Below are positions 55,323 to 64,000 of a DNA stretch of 64,000 nt, piece after piece (position 1 is the first letter of the stretch; every line of letters begins with the position of its first letter). The stretch spans positions 51-64,050 of the forward strand of contig JAGXLL010000011.1 of assembly GCA_018334675.1 (NCBI GenBank). Direction: 5' to 3'. A program made the position numbers and the translations under genes. The notes beneath the pieces were generated by a model, which made no database searches, was not told where the DNA came from, and saw only the letters and a list, made by a program, of their open reading frames with translations. This stretch comes from Bacteroidales bacterium (GTDB lineage: Bacteria > Bacteroidota > Bacteroidia > Bacteroidales > UBA12077).

Positions 55323-56237
55323 AGAAGAGACTTCATTAAAAAGAGTATAGGTGCGGGATTATTCACCGGATCCCTGCTTTCCATGGGTAGTTATGGTAAG
55401 GTTTTCGCCAACACGGTGAACAACAGCGCAGCCAATTATGATCTGGTGGCTATTAAAGGAGGCGAACCGGACAAGATGTTCGAAAAGGCAATGGAGGCCA
55501 TGGGTGGCATGAGCAAATATGTCAAACCCGGGCAGAAGGTAGTTGTCAAACCCAATATCGGATGGGATGTGGTTCCTGAAAAAGCGGCCAACACCAACCC
55601 CAAGCTGGTAAGTGCCATCATAAAGCAATGCTATGAGGCGGGTGCATCAAAAGTTTATGTATTTGATCATACCTGTGATGAATGGAGGAAGACTTACAAC
55701 AACAGCGGCATTGAGAGAGCGGCCAAAGATGCCGGGGCAACGGTAGCACCCGGGCATACCGAAAGCTATTACCAACCGGTAAGTATACCCCAGGGCAAAA
55801 CCCTCAAGGAAGCCAAAGAACATGAACTGATCCTGGAATCCGATGTCTTCATCAATGTGCCCATATTGAAGGATCACAACTCTGCCCGCATGACGATCGC
55901 CATGAAGAACCTGATGGGTGTTATCTGGGACCGCAGTTTCTGGCACCGCAACGGGCTGCACCAGTGTATCGCCGATTTTGCTTCCTATCGCCAGCCTGAC
56001 CTCAACATTGTGGATGCCTATCGGGTGATGCTCAGAAACGGGCCCAGAGGCGTTTCTGTCAATGACGTCACCACGATGAAGTATCAAATCATATCGGACG
56101 ACATTGTTGCTGCAGATGCTTCTTCTGCCAAGATATTCGGCTCCGACGAGCGGGTACCCCATATCAAGATGGGCGATGAGATGGGCTATGGCCAGGCCGA
56201 CCTGTCCAAGCTAAATATTGGAAGATTAAAGATGTGA
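55317..56237 (+). CDS. Tat-exported DUF362 domain protein
   Basis: 306 aa. Twin-arginine signal MKRRDFIKKSIGAGLF. DUF362-like core (VVVKPNIGW ... INVPILKDHN). Confidence 0.85.
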   Translation: MKRRDFIKKSIGAGLFTGSLLSMGSYGKVFANTVNNSAANYDLVAIKGGEPDKMFEKAMEAMGGMSKYVKPGQKVVVKPNIGWDVVPEKAANTNPKLVSAIIKQCYEAGASKVYVFDHTCDEWRKTYNNSGIERAAKDAGATVAPGHTESYYQPVSIPQGKTLKEAKEHELILESDVFINVPILKDHNSARMTIAMKNLMGVIWDRSFWHRNGLHQCIADFASYRQPDLNIVDAYRVMLRNGPRGVSVNDVTTMKYQIISDDIVAADASSAKIFGSDERVPHIKMGDEMGYGQADLSKLNIGRLKM

Positions 56238-56241
56238 GTGT

Positions 56242-57879
56242 ATGAAAAAATACAAGGTTTTAAAGAAGATCAGGGTCCTCATTTCGCTGGTTTTCCTGGT
56301 CTTGTTGGGAGGTTTTTTTCTTGATTTTTTAGGCACTTTCTCAACCGGGTTCATCACAGGTTTTGTTTTCCCGCAGTTTGTGCCCTCGCTACTCAAATTT
56401 TTCAACGTCTTCACCTGGGTGGCCACTGGCTTTATCGTGGTGCTGATCCTTACCCTTTTGTTCGGCAGGGTATATTGCTCTACCATCTGTCCGCTGGGTA
56501 TCATGCAGGATGTGATCAGCTGGTTAAGGCGCAGATTCCGGAAAAGGAAAAAACCTAACTACCATTATCTTAAAGCCTTGCATTGGTTGCGATATGGAAT
56601 AGTGGGCGCAACCCTGGCTTTTCTTGCCAGCGGCAGCGTCATCGTACTTTCCATCTTCGACCCTTACAGCACCTTCGGACGGATTGTATCCGATTTATTC
56701 CGCCCCCTGCTCACCCGGGGAAATAACCTGTTGTCGGGGATACTCAAAAATTTTGACATATACGGTCTGTACCATGTCGATTTACAACCCCTGCACATTG
56801 GTGTCATGGCGATACCTCTTGCATTCCTTATTGCGGTGGTATGGATGTCCCTTACAAGCGGCAGGCTTTACTGCAACACCGTTTGTCCTGTCGGCACATT
56901 CCTCGGGCTGGTGTCCAAATTATCTTTGTTTCAAATACGGTTAAATCCCAACAGCTGTACAAAATGCGGTATTTGTGAAAAAAGGTGCAAAGCCAACTGC
57001 ATCGACACCAAAAATATGCGCGTGGACTTTGACCGCTGTGTAGGTTGCTTCAACTGTCTTCAATCCTGTCCTTTCTCGGCAGCAGAATATAGTTTGAATC
57101 CGCTCTATAAAAAGCTGACTCTGCCGGAGCCATCCGCCTCCCCAATACCAAATACCTCTGCATCCGGCAAAGAAGGAGTTGGGGATAAAGCCAGCCACCA
57201 TAAAACAGATGTGGGAAAACGCAAGTTCCTGGCCGGCATAGCCCTGGCTTTTTTCAGTGTCACCAAATTATCAAAAGCCCAGGAGCTGGTCTCCTACAAC
57301 GCCACCACCCCGGTGAAACGGGAAAATCCGGTATCCCCCCCAGGAGCCGACTCCACCGACCGTTTCAATGATGCCTGCACTGCCTGCCATTTATGTGTCA
57401 ATGTATGCCCCACACAAGTATTGCAACCATCTTTGCTGGAATACGGATTAAGGGGACTGATGCAACCCCGCATGGATTATCATGCCGGTTTCTGCAATTA
57501 TGATTGTGTGGCTTGCACAGAAGTATGCCCGACCGGAGCTATTTTGCCCCTTCTGCTGGAGGATAAGAAAAGGGTTCAACTGGGCAAAGCCCAGTTTGTG
57601 AAGGAAAACTGCATTGTGGAAACCGAGGGTACCGATTGCGGATCCTGTTCAGAGCACTGTCCTACCAAGGCCGTGGATATGGTGGATTACAAAAATGGGC
57701 TCCGCATTCCCGAGGTAACCGAAGACATCTGCGTAGGATGCGGGGCCTGTGAATATGCCTGTCCCACCCACCCATACAAAGCCATATACGTGGAAGGCAA
57801 TCCGGTGCACTTGCAGGCTCAAAAACCCAAGCAGGAAAAGGTAAAAAGAGAGGAACCCGAGGAAGATTTCCCCTTCTGA
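56242..57879 (+). CDS. Membrane-bound polyferredoxin (NapH/MauN-like TM domain plus multiple 4Fe-4S clusters)
   Basis: 545 aa. TM segments with CSTICPLG and CNTVCPVG. Ferredoxin motifs CTKCGICEKRC, CVGCFNCLQSCP, CTACHLCVNVCP, CVACTEVCP, CGSCSEHCP and CVGCGACEYACP. Confidence 0.87.
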   Translation: MKKYKVLKKIRVLISLVFLVLLGGFFLDFLGTFSTGFITGFVFPQFVPSLLKFFNVFTWVATGFIVVLILTLLFGRVYCSTICPLGIMQDVISWLRRRFRKRKKPNYHYLKALHWLRYGIVGATLAFLASGSVIVLSIFDPYSTFGRIVSDLFRPLLTRGNNLLSGILKNFDIYGLYHVDLQPLHIGVMAIPLAFLIAVVWMSLTSGRLYCNTVCPVGTFLGLVSKLSLFQIRLNPNSCTKCGICEKRCKANCIDTKNMRVDFDRCVGCFNCLQSCPFSAAEYSLNPLYKKLTLPEPSASPIPNTSASGKEGVGDKASHHKTDVGKRKFLAGIALAFFSVTKLSKAQELVSYNATTPVKRENPVSPPGADSTDRFNDACTACHLCVNVCPTQVLQPSLLEYGLRGLMQPRMDYHAGFCNYDCVACTEVCPTGAILPLLLEDKKRVQLGKAQFVKENCIVETEGTDCGSCSEHCPTKAVDMVDYKNGLRIPEVTEDICVGCGACEYACPTHPYKAIYVEGNPVHLQAQKPKQEKVKREEPEEDFPF

Positions 57880-58290
57880 TCACTCCGTGCCTTCTTCTTC
57901 CAAATACCGGCTCAAGACCGAAAAAATCCGGCTTTTCCTTACCGGTTTGGAGATATAATCATTGCATCCGGCTTCCAGGCTGATCTCGCGGTCATCCGAC
58001 ATCGCATAAGCCGTTAGGGCTACAATAGGAATATCGTTATTAAAGGTGCGAATCTTTCGGGTGGCCTCCAAACCATCCATCTCGGGCATCTTGATATCCA
58101 TCAGGATAAGATCGATACCCGGATGATCTTCCAGCAGTTGTATAACCTCCTGCCCGTTGCGGGCCCGGTGTATCTCGATCTGTGTCTGCCTTAACACGAT
58201 CTGCAGATACTTGAAGTTGCTGTCTTCATCCTCAGCGATCAATAAGCTGTAATCTTGCCAGTTTTTCTGCCCTTCGTCGTTTTGATTCAT
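57880..58290 (-). CDS. Stand-alone response regulator receiver (CheY-like, no output domain)
   Basis: 136 aa. LIAEDEDSN, phospho-acceptor LILMDIKMPEMDG and conserved Lys in YISKP. Confidence 0.88.
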   Translation of the reverse strand: MNQNDEGQKNWQDYSLLIAEDEDSNFKYLQIVLRQTQIEIHRARNGQEVIQLLEDHPGIDLILMDIKMPEMDGLEATRKIRTFNNDIPIVALTAYAMSDDREISLEAGCNDYISKPVRKSRIFSVLSRYLEEEGTE

Positions 58291-58295
58291 AGTAC

Positions 58296-61200
58296 TTAGG
58301 TGTTGCGATTATCTTTGAGGGGCAGGGTGAAGTAAAAGACCGAACCCTCATGGGGAATCGATTCCAGCCAGATCCTGCCTCCCATCATCTCGATCAGGAT
58401 CTTGCTGATGGTCAACCCTAAACCAGCCCCCCGGTATAATTTTTCCCGGTTGTATTCAATTTTTGTAAATCTTTGAAATATCAACCGTTGCTGCTTTTTG
58501 CTGATGCCGATTCCCGTATCGCTTACGTAGCAGCGGGCCCATGGTTTCCCCCCTTCTTCCAACAAATCGTAGCCAAACTCTACCATACCGGCATCGGTGA
58601 ATTTCACGGCATTATCGATCAGGTTGCTAAACACCTGTTTTACCCGGTAAGGATCTCCCATGATCTGGAAATCCGAAAGTTTCTGATCGCCATATATCTC
58701 CAGGTCTACATCTTTATATGCCACTGTTTCTTTGAAGGCATCCTTCAGCTCTTCAAGAATATTATCCATGGCACAATCCACTTTTTTGACCTCAAGCTGT
58801 CCGGCATCGATCTTAGCCAGGTCGATGATGTTGTCGATCAAGTTCAACAAAGTATGGCTATGAATGTTGATTTGATTGATCAGTTCTTTTCGAATATCAT
58901 AATTGATATCTTCGTCATTGAGCAGGTTGGTAAAACCTACAATCGCGTTCATGGGGGTTCGGATCTCATGCGACATGTTTGCCAAAAATGAGCTCTTAAG
59001 CTGGTTGGCTTCTTCGGCCTGCTCTTTGGCCTTCTTCAGATCCCGGGTACGCTGTTCGACAAGCTGCTCCAGATGGGTTCTATGCTGCTCCAGCTCTTCA
59101 TTCTGCTTTTCGATGAACTCTTTCTGTTCTTTCAGATAATCCCGCTGGGCTTCGATCTCGCTTTTCTGCCGCTTGATCTCTTCTTCTGCCAGCTTGATCT
59201 TGCTGATGTTGCTGTCGATAGCAATGACCTTTTCCACGTTATCATCATTATTCATGATGGGCGTCAGGGTTGTATGGGTCCAGATCTGTTCACCCGTTTT
59301 GGTCTGGTTCCTGCTCTCAAAGGTTTTTGTCTCTTTATCCTGCAAACAGGCACTCAACGGTTCCCGCAAAGCAGCAAGCAACCGGCTGGATTGAGTTGCA
59401 TCATGCAGATCATGGATCTCATAGCCATACAACCGGGTAAAGCCTTCATTCACCCATTCCGGATAGCCCTCCCGGTTAAGGATCATCACGGCATTATCCG
59501 TCTCCCGTGCCACAATGGAAAGTTGCTCGATCTCCCGGGTACGCTCTTCCACCATCTTTCCCAGAAGCAGGTTGGAACGCTTCAAACCCGATGTATACAG
59601 ACGGAAACCCAACCAGATCAAACCCATACCTGCCAGCACATAAAAAACAATGGCTAGGGGATGGCCATACCACGGACCATTAATGGTGAAACGCCAGGCA
59701 GCCACCTGGCTCTGCTTACCGTAAATGTTGCGTGCCCGCACATGAAACACGTAATGGCCCGCTTTCAGATTGGTATATCGTACACGGTCCATCTTCTCCC
59801 AGGGCGACCAGTTGCGGTTAAAGCCTTCCAGGTAATGGCTGTATTCAACTTCTTCAGGGGCAATGAAATCGCCCGCACTGTAGCGAAAAACCACGGTGTT
59901 ATTCTTATAATCTATCTCCCGGGAGGTCGATCCGGGTTGGCCCGAAACCACCTGTCTGTCCCCCCCGGATTCAGTATAGAAGGTTCCATGGAAAATGGTG
60001 GAATCACCATCAAGGGATACCTCACGGATAAGAGCCTGATAAGGCTTATGCTGAAAAAGAGGATTGGGCTGATACCGGCACAAACCTTCAGAGCCCCCGA
60101 ACCACACAACATGGCCTGTATCTGCATAAATGGACAGCACCATCATCTCAGGAATGCGTTGAAAAGGGGTCGCCGTCCAACTCAACCTCCCTTCTCCATT
60201 GGGTATACCGTGGACAATGGATCCCTTCCGGTTGTTCAATCCCGACATCCATACCTGGCCTGTTGTGTCATGGTCCAGGGCAAAAACGCACCTTTCCGGC
60301 TTAGGTATAAGCGCCATAAAGCTTGAATCCGGAACAAATGTATCGTTATTTGGCTGATACCGGTAGATCCCATTTTCCGTAGCAAAAAGCACCTTGTTGC
60401 AGTACCGGTAGACGTTGATATTCCGAAGGGAAGGAAAAACCGCATCATTGCCGTATAGATCAATGGAATCGGGGATAGAGTCCCTATGATTGAAATGCAG
60501 CCTGTAAACACCATTCCGGAAAGTTGCCAGCCAAAGGTTCCCCGCATCGTCTTCGGCCATGCTTCGAACATTGTGGAGTATCCCCCGAAGGCTGCCCCGA
60601 TCATGAAAGACCCCCCGGCGGTATTCCAGCCGCTGCAGGCCGTCATTAAGTCCGAGATACAAGACATGGGAAGCATCTCCGGGGCTATGCATAGCATAAA
60701 CATTGTCTATACCCCATACCTTCTCCAACTTATTCCCATCAATCCTGAAAAGACCGGTATTGGTACCCACAAGTAGATGCTCTGTCTCATCAGGAGCACG
60801 ATATATGTAGAAATTCCAGCACTGTTCCTTATAATCCGATAAACGGGTGATACGACCTTCTTCCATATAATAAATGCCATTCTCGGTAGCTATATACAAC
60901 CGATCTCCCTTGCGCTGAAGATCAGCTATATACCCCCGCAACCCGTTCCGGGAATTCCAATAAGTGATGGGCGAGGCCAGTTCGATGCGCGCGATGCCAT
61001 TGCTGGTGGCTACCCACAGATTGTTTCGGCGATCCCGGTAAAGATTGTATACCGTTCCCGTGAGCAACCCATCCCTTTCATCGATCACCTTAACAATGGC
61101 CCCCTCACGATCCATCAATACCACCCCTCCCATGGAAGTGCCCACAGCCATATAATTGCCTACCTTAACCAACCCCTTATACAATTGATTCTCCTGAAAA

Positions 61201-61955
61201 TATTCCACATCAGGGCTTTCAAGAGGTTCTGCGCGCATACGCTCCATATCAAGGACATAAAAACGGTCGCGGGCAGTAAAAAGAAACCGGCTACCTTCCA
61301 GGTGTGTAATGGTTTCCACTCCGGTAACAAACTGCCATCCATTCATCACCTGTTGCAGGGTATCGGAATCGACCCGGAATAAACCCTTCTCCCCGGCCAA
61401 AAAATAATAATGACCCCGGTATATAAATGTAGCTTCAATATTCAAATCGCCGGTCTTTTCAAAAACCTGATAAACTTTCATATGGGCTCCGTCATAGCGG
61501 AATATGCTCTTATAAGTGTGAAAAAAAACATCCCCATTAAGCAGGTTTATGTTCCAGATCTCATAAAAAGGCTGATGTTCGGAAGGAATAAGATGGGTTA
61601 AGGAAACAAAGCGCAGCTTTCCGTTTTCATCGGGACGGAGATAGCCAATCTCGCCGTATGAACCTACATAAACCCTTCCCTGGCTGTCAACAGCTAATGA
61701 CCGTGCAGTGGTCTTTCCCGGGAGCTCGATTAAATCCCACGATATCCCGTCAAATTCAAGGACGCCGTTCACATTGCCAAAATACATTATACCCCGGTGA
61801 TCTTGCACTATATCCCAGGTTTGCGGATGCTGATTGTAGATCTGCGGAGGATAATTGGTCATAAAAGGGGTCCCCATATATTCCGGCAATTGCGCTGTGC
61901 CTGTATATACGGAAGTCAAAAGGAAAATCCCCACAAAAATTACCGCCCTGATCAT
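58296..61955 (-). CDS. Sensor histidine kinase with periplasmic two-component-regulator propeller + Y_Y_Y domains, PAS and coiled coil
   Basis: Propeller repeats, TM, PAS, H-box [17 protein letters not shown]-box and G-boxes ([14 protein letters not shown]). ATG at 61955 ([13 protein letters not shown]...) is preferred over 62000. Confidence 0.88.
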   Translation of the reverse strand: MIRAVIFVGIFLLTSVYTGTAQLPEYMGTPFMTNYPPQIYNQHPQTWDIVQDHRGIMYFGNVNGVLEFDGISWDLIELPGKTTARSLAVDSQGRVYVGSYGEIGYLRPDENGKLRFVSLTHLIPSEHQPFYEIWNINLLNGDVFFHTYKSIFRYDGAHMKVYQVFEKTGDLNIEATFIYRGHYYFLAGEKGLFRVDSDTLQQVMNGWQFVTGVETITHLEGSRFLFTARDRFYVLDMERMRAEPLESPDVEYFQENQLYKGLVKVGNYMAVGTSMGGVVLMDREGAIVKVIDERDGLLTGTVYNLYRDRRNNLWVATSNGIARIELASPITYWNSRNGLRGYIADLQRKGDRLYIATENGIYYMEEGRITRLSDYKEQCWNFYIYRAPDETEHLLVGTNTGLFRIDGNKLEKVWGIDNVYAMHSPGDASHVLYLGLNDGLQRLEYRRGVFHDRGSLRGILHNVRSMAEDDAGNLWLATFRNGVYRLHFNHRDSIPDSIDLYGNDAVFPSLRNINVYRYCNKVLFATENGIYRYQPNNDTFVPDSSFMALIPKPERCVFALDHDTTGQVWMSGLNNRKGSIVHGIPNGEGRLSWTATPFQRIPEMMVLSIYADTGHVVWFGGSEGLCRYQPNPLFQHKPYQALIREVSLDGDSTIFHGTFYTESGGDRQVVSGQPGSTSREIDYKNNTVVFRYSAGDFIAPEEVEYSHYLEGFNRNWSPWEKMDRVRYTNLKAGHYVFHVRARNIYGKQSQVAAWRFTINGPWYGHPLAIVFYVLAGMGLIWLGFRLYTSGLKRSNLLLGKMVEERTREIEQLSIVARETDNAVMILNREGYPEWVNEGFTRLYGYEIHDLHDATQSSRLLAALREPLSACLQDKETKTFESRNQTKTGEQIWTHTTLTPIMNNDDNVEKVIAIDSNISKIKLAEEEIKRQKSEIEAQRDYLKEQKEFIEKQNEELEQHRTHLEQLVEQRTRDLKKAKEQAEEANQLKSSFLANMSHEIRTPMNAIVGFTNLLNDEDINYDIRKELINQINIHSHTLLNLIDNIIDLAKIDAGQLEVKKVDCAMDNILEELKDAFKETVAYKDVDLEIYGDQKLSDFQIMGDPYRVKQVFSNLIDNAVKFTDAGMVEFGYDLLEEGGKPWARCYVSDTGIGISKKQQRLIFQRFTKIEYNREKLYRGAGLGLTISKILIEMMGGRIWLESIPHEGSVFYFTLPLKDNRNT

Positions 61956-61986
61956 GAGAGAAATTTGGATGAAGTTAAGAAATATT

Positions 61987-62757
61987 TTAGTTGAATTCAA
62001 TCAGCCCATATTCCAGAGGGCTTCCGTTTCCATATTTTTTGTTTCGGCGGTATACCATTGTTAGCGAAACCAATAACAAAATCACTCCCAGAAAAAATAC
62101 TACCCAGTTGAAATGAACAGGTACATAATGGTAAAACAGCTCTTCCACTTCTTCCTGCAAACCCTGCCCGTTTTTCAGCATCTGAGGGTTAAGATGGTTG
62201 AGTAAATAGCTGGTATAATCCCAGATAAAAGAAACAAAAACTACCAAGGCCCCCGATAGCAAAATCACCCATTCAACGGGTTCCATATAGAAACGGAAAC
62301 CCGACTTCCTGTTGAAATAGCGTATTACAAGGGCATACAGCACCATAATCACTGAAATGATGATCGGAGCGATGACGGGCCCGGACCAGGTAACAGGGAT
62401 CAGGAACAACACATCCCATGTCATCAAAGAATCAGGCCAACCCAGCAACAGTTTCAGGAAGATATAGTAAAAAATATCCCAAACAGCAAAAATATAAAGG
62501 AAGTTGGCAAAACGCTGCATAAAACTCCGGGAAGTCATGGCAGCCGCGCTAACGATCATAATCAGAGAAAAAAATTCCCGGATCAGCTCCGTTACACCTG
62601 TATGAGGTTCTATATGCTCCAGAGGAAAGGCAAACCCTTCAGGGTAGTATAGTTCCCTGAGATAGACAACAATGGAGCTTTCAAAAAATCCCATAGAAAC
62701 ACCAAAGAGGGTGATCCACAAAAAGGGACGATTCAAGCGTTGCGCAACTGCCCGCAT
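61987..62757 (-). CDS. Integral membrane protein, function unknown
   Basis: 256 aa with ~7 hydrophobic segments. No recognised motif. Confidence 0.5.
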   Translation of the reverse strand: MRAVAQRLNRPFLWITLFGVSMGFFESSIVVYLRELYYPEGFAFPLEHIEPHTGVTELIREFFSLIMIVSAAAMTSRSFMQRFANFLYIFAVWDIFYYIFLKLLLGWPDSLMTWDVLFLIPVTWSGPVIAPIIISVIMVLYALVIRYFNRKSGFRFYMEPVEWVILLSGALVVFVSFIWDYTSYLLNHLNPQMLKNGQGLQEEVEELFYHYVPVHFNWVVFFLGVILLLVSLTMVYRRNKKYGNGSPLEYGLIEFN

Positions 62758-62863
62758 AGATTTTTGTTTTCTGTAACGAAAAAATTCGCTCCCTTATGAT
62801 GATTTACCGAAATAATATCGTTCCTGATACAGTTTGAAAATATTAATTTTGCATGTGAAACGT

Positions 62864-62916
62864 CCATGACAAAACAATCATTAATATCACAAAAGGAGAT
62901 GATTATTTTGTCATGG
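62864..62916. repeat. 18-bp inverted repeat in a divergent promoter region
   Basis: CCATGACAAAACAATCAT (62864-62881) and ATGATTATTTTGTCATGG (62899-62916). One mismatch, 17-nt spacer. Confidence 0.65.
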
Positions 62917-62980
62917 TAAGTTACACAAGGCCAAAACATTGAATTAAAAAATAAACTTGTGAAACAAAAATATTGTGATT

Positions 62981-64000
62981 GTGCTATATCCAAAAAATTT
63001 TGAAGAGAAGATCGGGTTCGACAAGGTGCGGGAAAAGATCAAGTCTCATTGCCTAAGCGATTTGGGCAGGGAAAAGAGTGAACGCATCCGCTTTTCCACC
63101 TCACCGGCATTCATCAGCAGATTAATCGAACAGGTGGATGAGTTCAGGGAGATCTTGGATATGGAGGAGAATTTTCCATTGGATCACTGCATTCCTATGC
63201 GCGAATCCCTTGAGAAGATCAGAATTGAAGGGAAATATCTGGAAGAAGAGGAAGTATTTCAACTGCGCCTTAACCAATCTACCATTAAGAATGTGTTGGG
63301 GTTCTTTAAAAACAAACACCAAGAAGACAAGTGTCCCGGGCTCTGGCAGTTATCAAAAAAAATCAGGATATACCCCTATATCACGGATCGCATCGACCAG
63401 ATCCTCAATAACAAGGGGGAAATCAAGGATACTGCTTCCCCCGAGCTCAAGAGGCTCAGAAGGGAGATCGCAGAGAAAGAATCAGGGATATCCAGCCGCA
63501 TCGGACGGATATTCAAGGATCTGAAGCAACAGGGAGTAGTCGGGGAGGATGCTTCCCTGGCTATCCGGGAAGGAAGATCTGTGATCCCTGTTGATTCACA
63601 TCTGAAAAGAAAAATCCCCGGTGTCATACAAGATGAATCCGCCACCGGTAAAACCGTATATATTGAACCCAACGAGATCGTAGAGATCAACAACCAGCTT
63701 AAAGAGCTGCGATACGACGTGCGCAGGGAGATTATACGCATTCTTAGCGAATTTGCCGATGATATCCGGCCTTACCTCGATGAATTGTTACAGGCAATGG
63801 ATTTTCTCGGCACCATCGACTTCATAAGGGCTAAAGCCCTTTTCGCCCGGGAGATTCATGCCATCAAACCCGCACAGGTCAACCATCCCCATATACACTG
63901 GTACCAGGCCGTCCATCCCCTGCTCTATTTGAACCTGAAAAAGGAAAACCGCCAGGTAGTGCCCCTCGACATCGCCCTGGACAATAACAAACAACGCATA
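62981..64000 (+). CDS. mutS2: Endonuclease MutS2 (5' part; runs off the window end)
   Basis: Not in the ORF track because it has no stop codon in the window. The frame reads (M)LYPKNFEEKIGFDKVREKIKSHCLS...IREGRSVIPVDSHLKRKIPGVIQDESATGKTVYIEP, typical of MutS2. GTG start at 62981 (or 62975). Confidence 0.85.
   Translation, partial: MLYPKNFEEKIGFDKVREKIKSHCLSDLGREKSERIRFSTSPAFISRLIEQVDEFREILDMEENFPLDHCIPMRESLEKIRIEGKYLEEEEVFQLRLNQSTIKNVLGFFKNKHQEDKCPGLWQLSKKIRIYPYITDRIDQILNNKGEIKDTASPELKRLRREIAEKESGISSRIGRIFKDLKQQGVVGEDASLAIREGRSVIPVDSHLKRKIPGVIQDESATGKTVYIEPNEIVEINNQLKELRYDVRREIIRILSEFADDIRPYLDELLQAMDFLGTIDFIRAKALFAREIHAIKPAQVNHPHIHWYQAVHPLLYLNLKKENRQVVPLDIALDNNKQRI

Overview
This is a chromosomal segment with clear Bacteroidota character. 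Evidence: the recN-DUF4835-coaBC-rpoZ-bamD gene order, TTTG/TAnnTTTG promoters, no Shine-Dalgarno reliance, and a propeller/Y_Y_Y sensor kinase. Most of it is housekeeping: fabI, recN, coaBC, rpoZ, bamD, trxB, thrBC, tex, mutS2, peptidases, an RND efflux operon, and crcB behind a fluoride riboswitch. All calls rest on motifs I recognise by eye; no homology search was possible.

The main candidate for an undescribed system is a three-gene operon at 29414-39178. It encodes a 1980-aa secreted giant protein, a 684-aa multi-FN3-like protein and a putative outer-membrane beta-barrel, none with a recognisable catalytic or known secretion-system signature. An 800-nt AT-rich gene-free region lies upstream. 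Directly before the start codon is a ~97-nt leader containing a conserved 20-codon uORF. That leader recurs almost identically 26 kb away, in front of a Tat-DUF362/polyferredoxin operon.

Other notable items:
- A decayed AbiE toxin-antitoxin islet next to tRNA-Pro, ending in a deletion scar that truncates two convergent genes.
- Several other gene remnants.
- A frameshifted ygjV in the fluoride operon.
- Two families of intergenic repeats: GTTGAA/GAATGTT word arrays 3' of genes, and GCGCTTAGCGC long palindromes.
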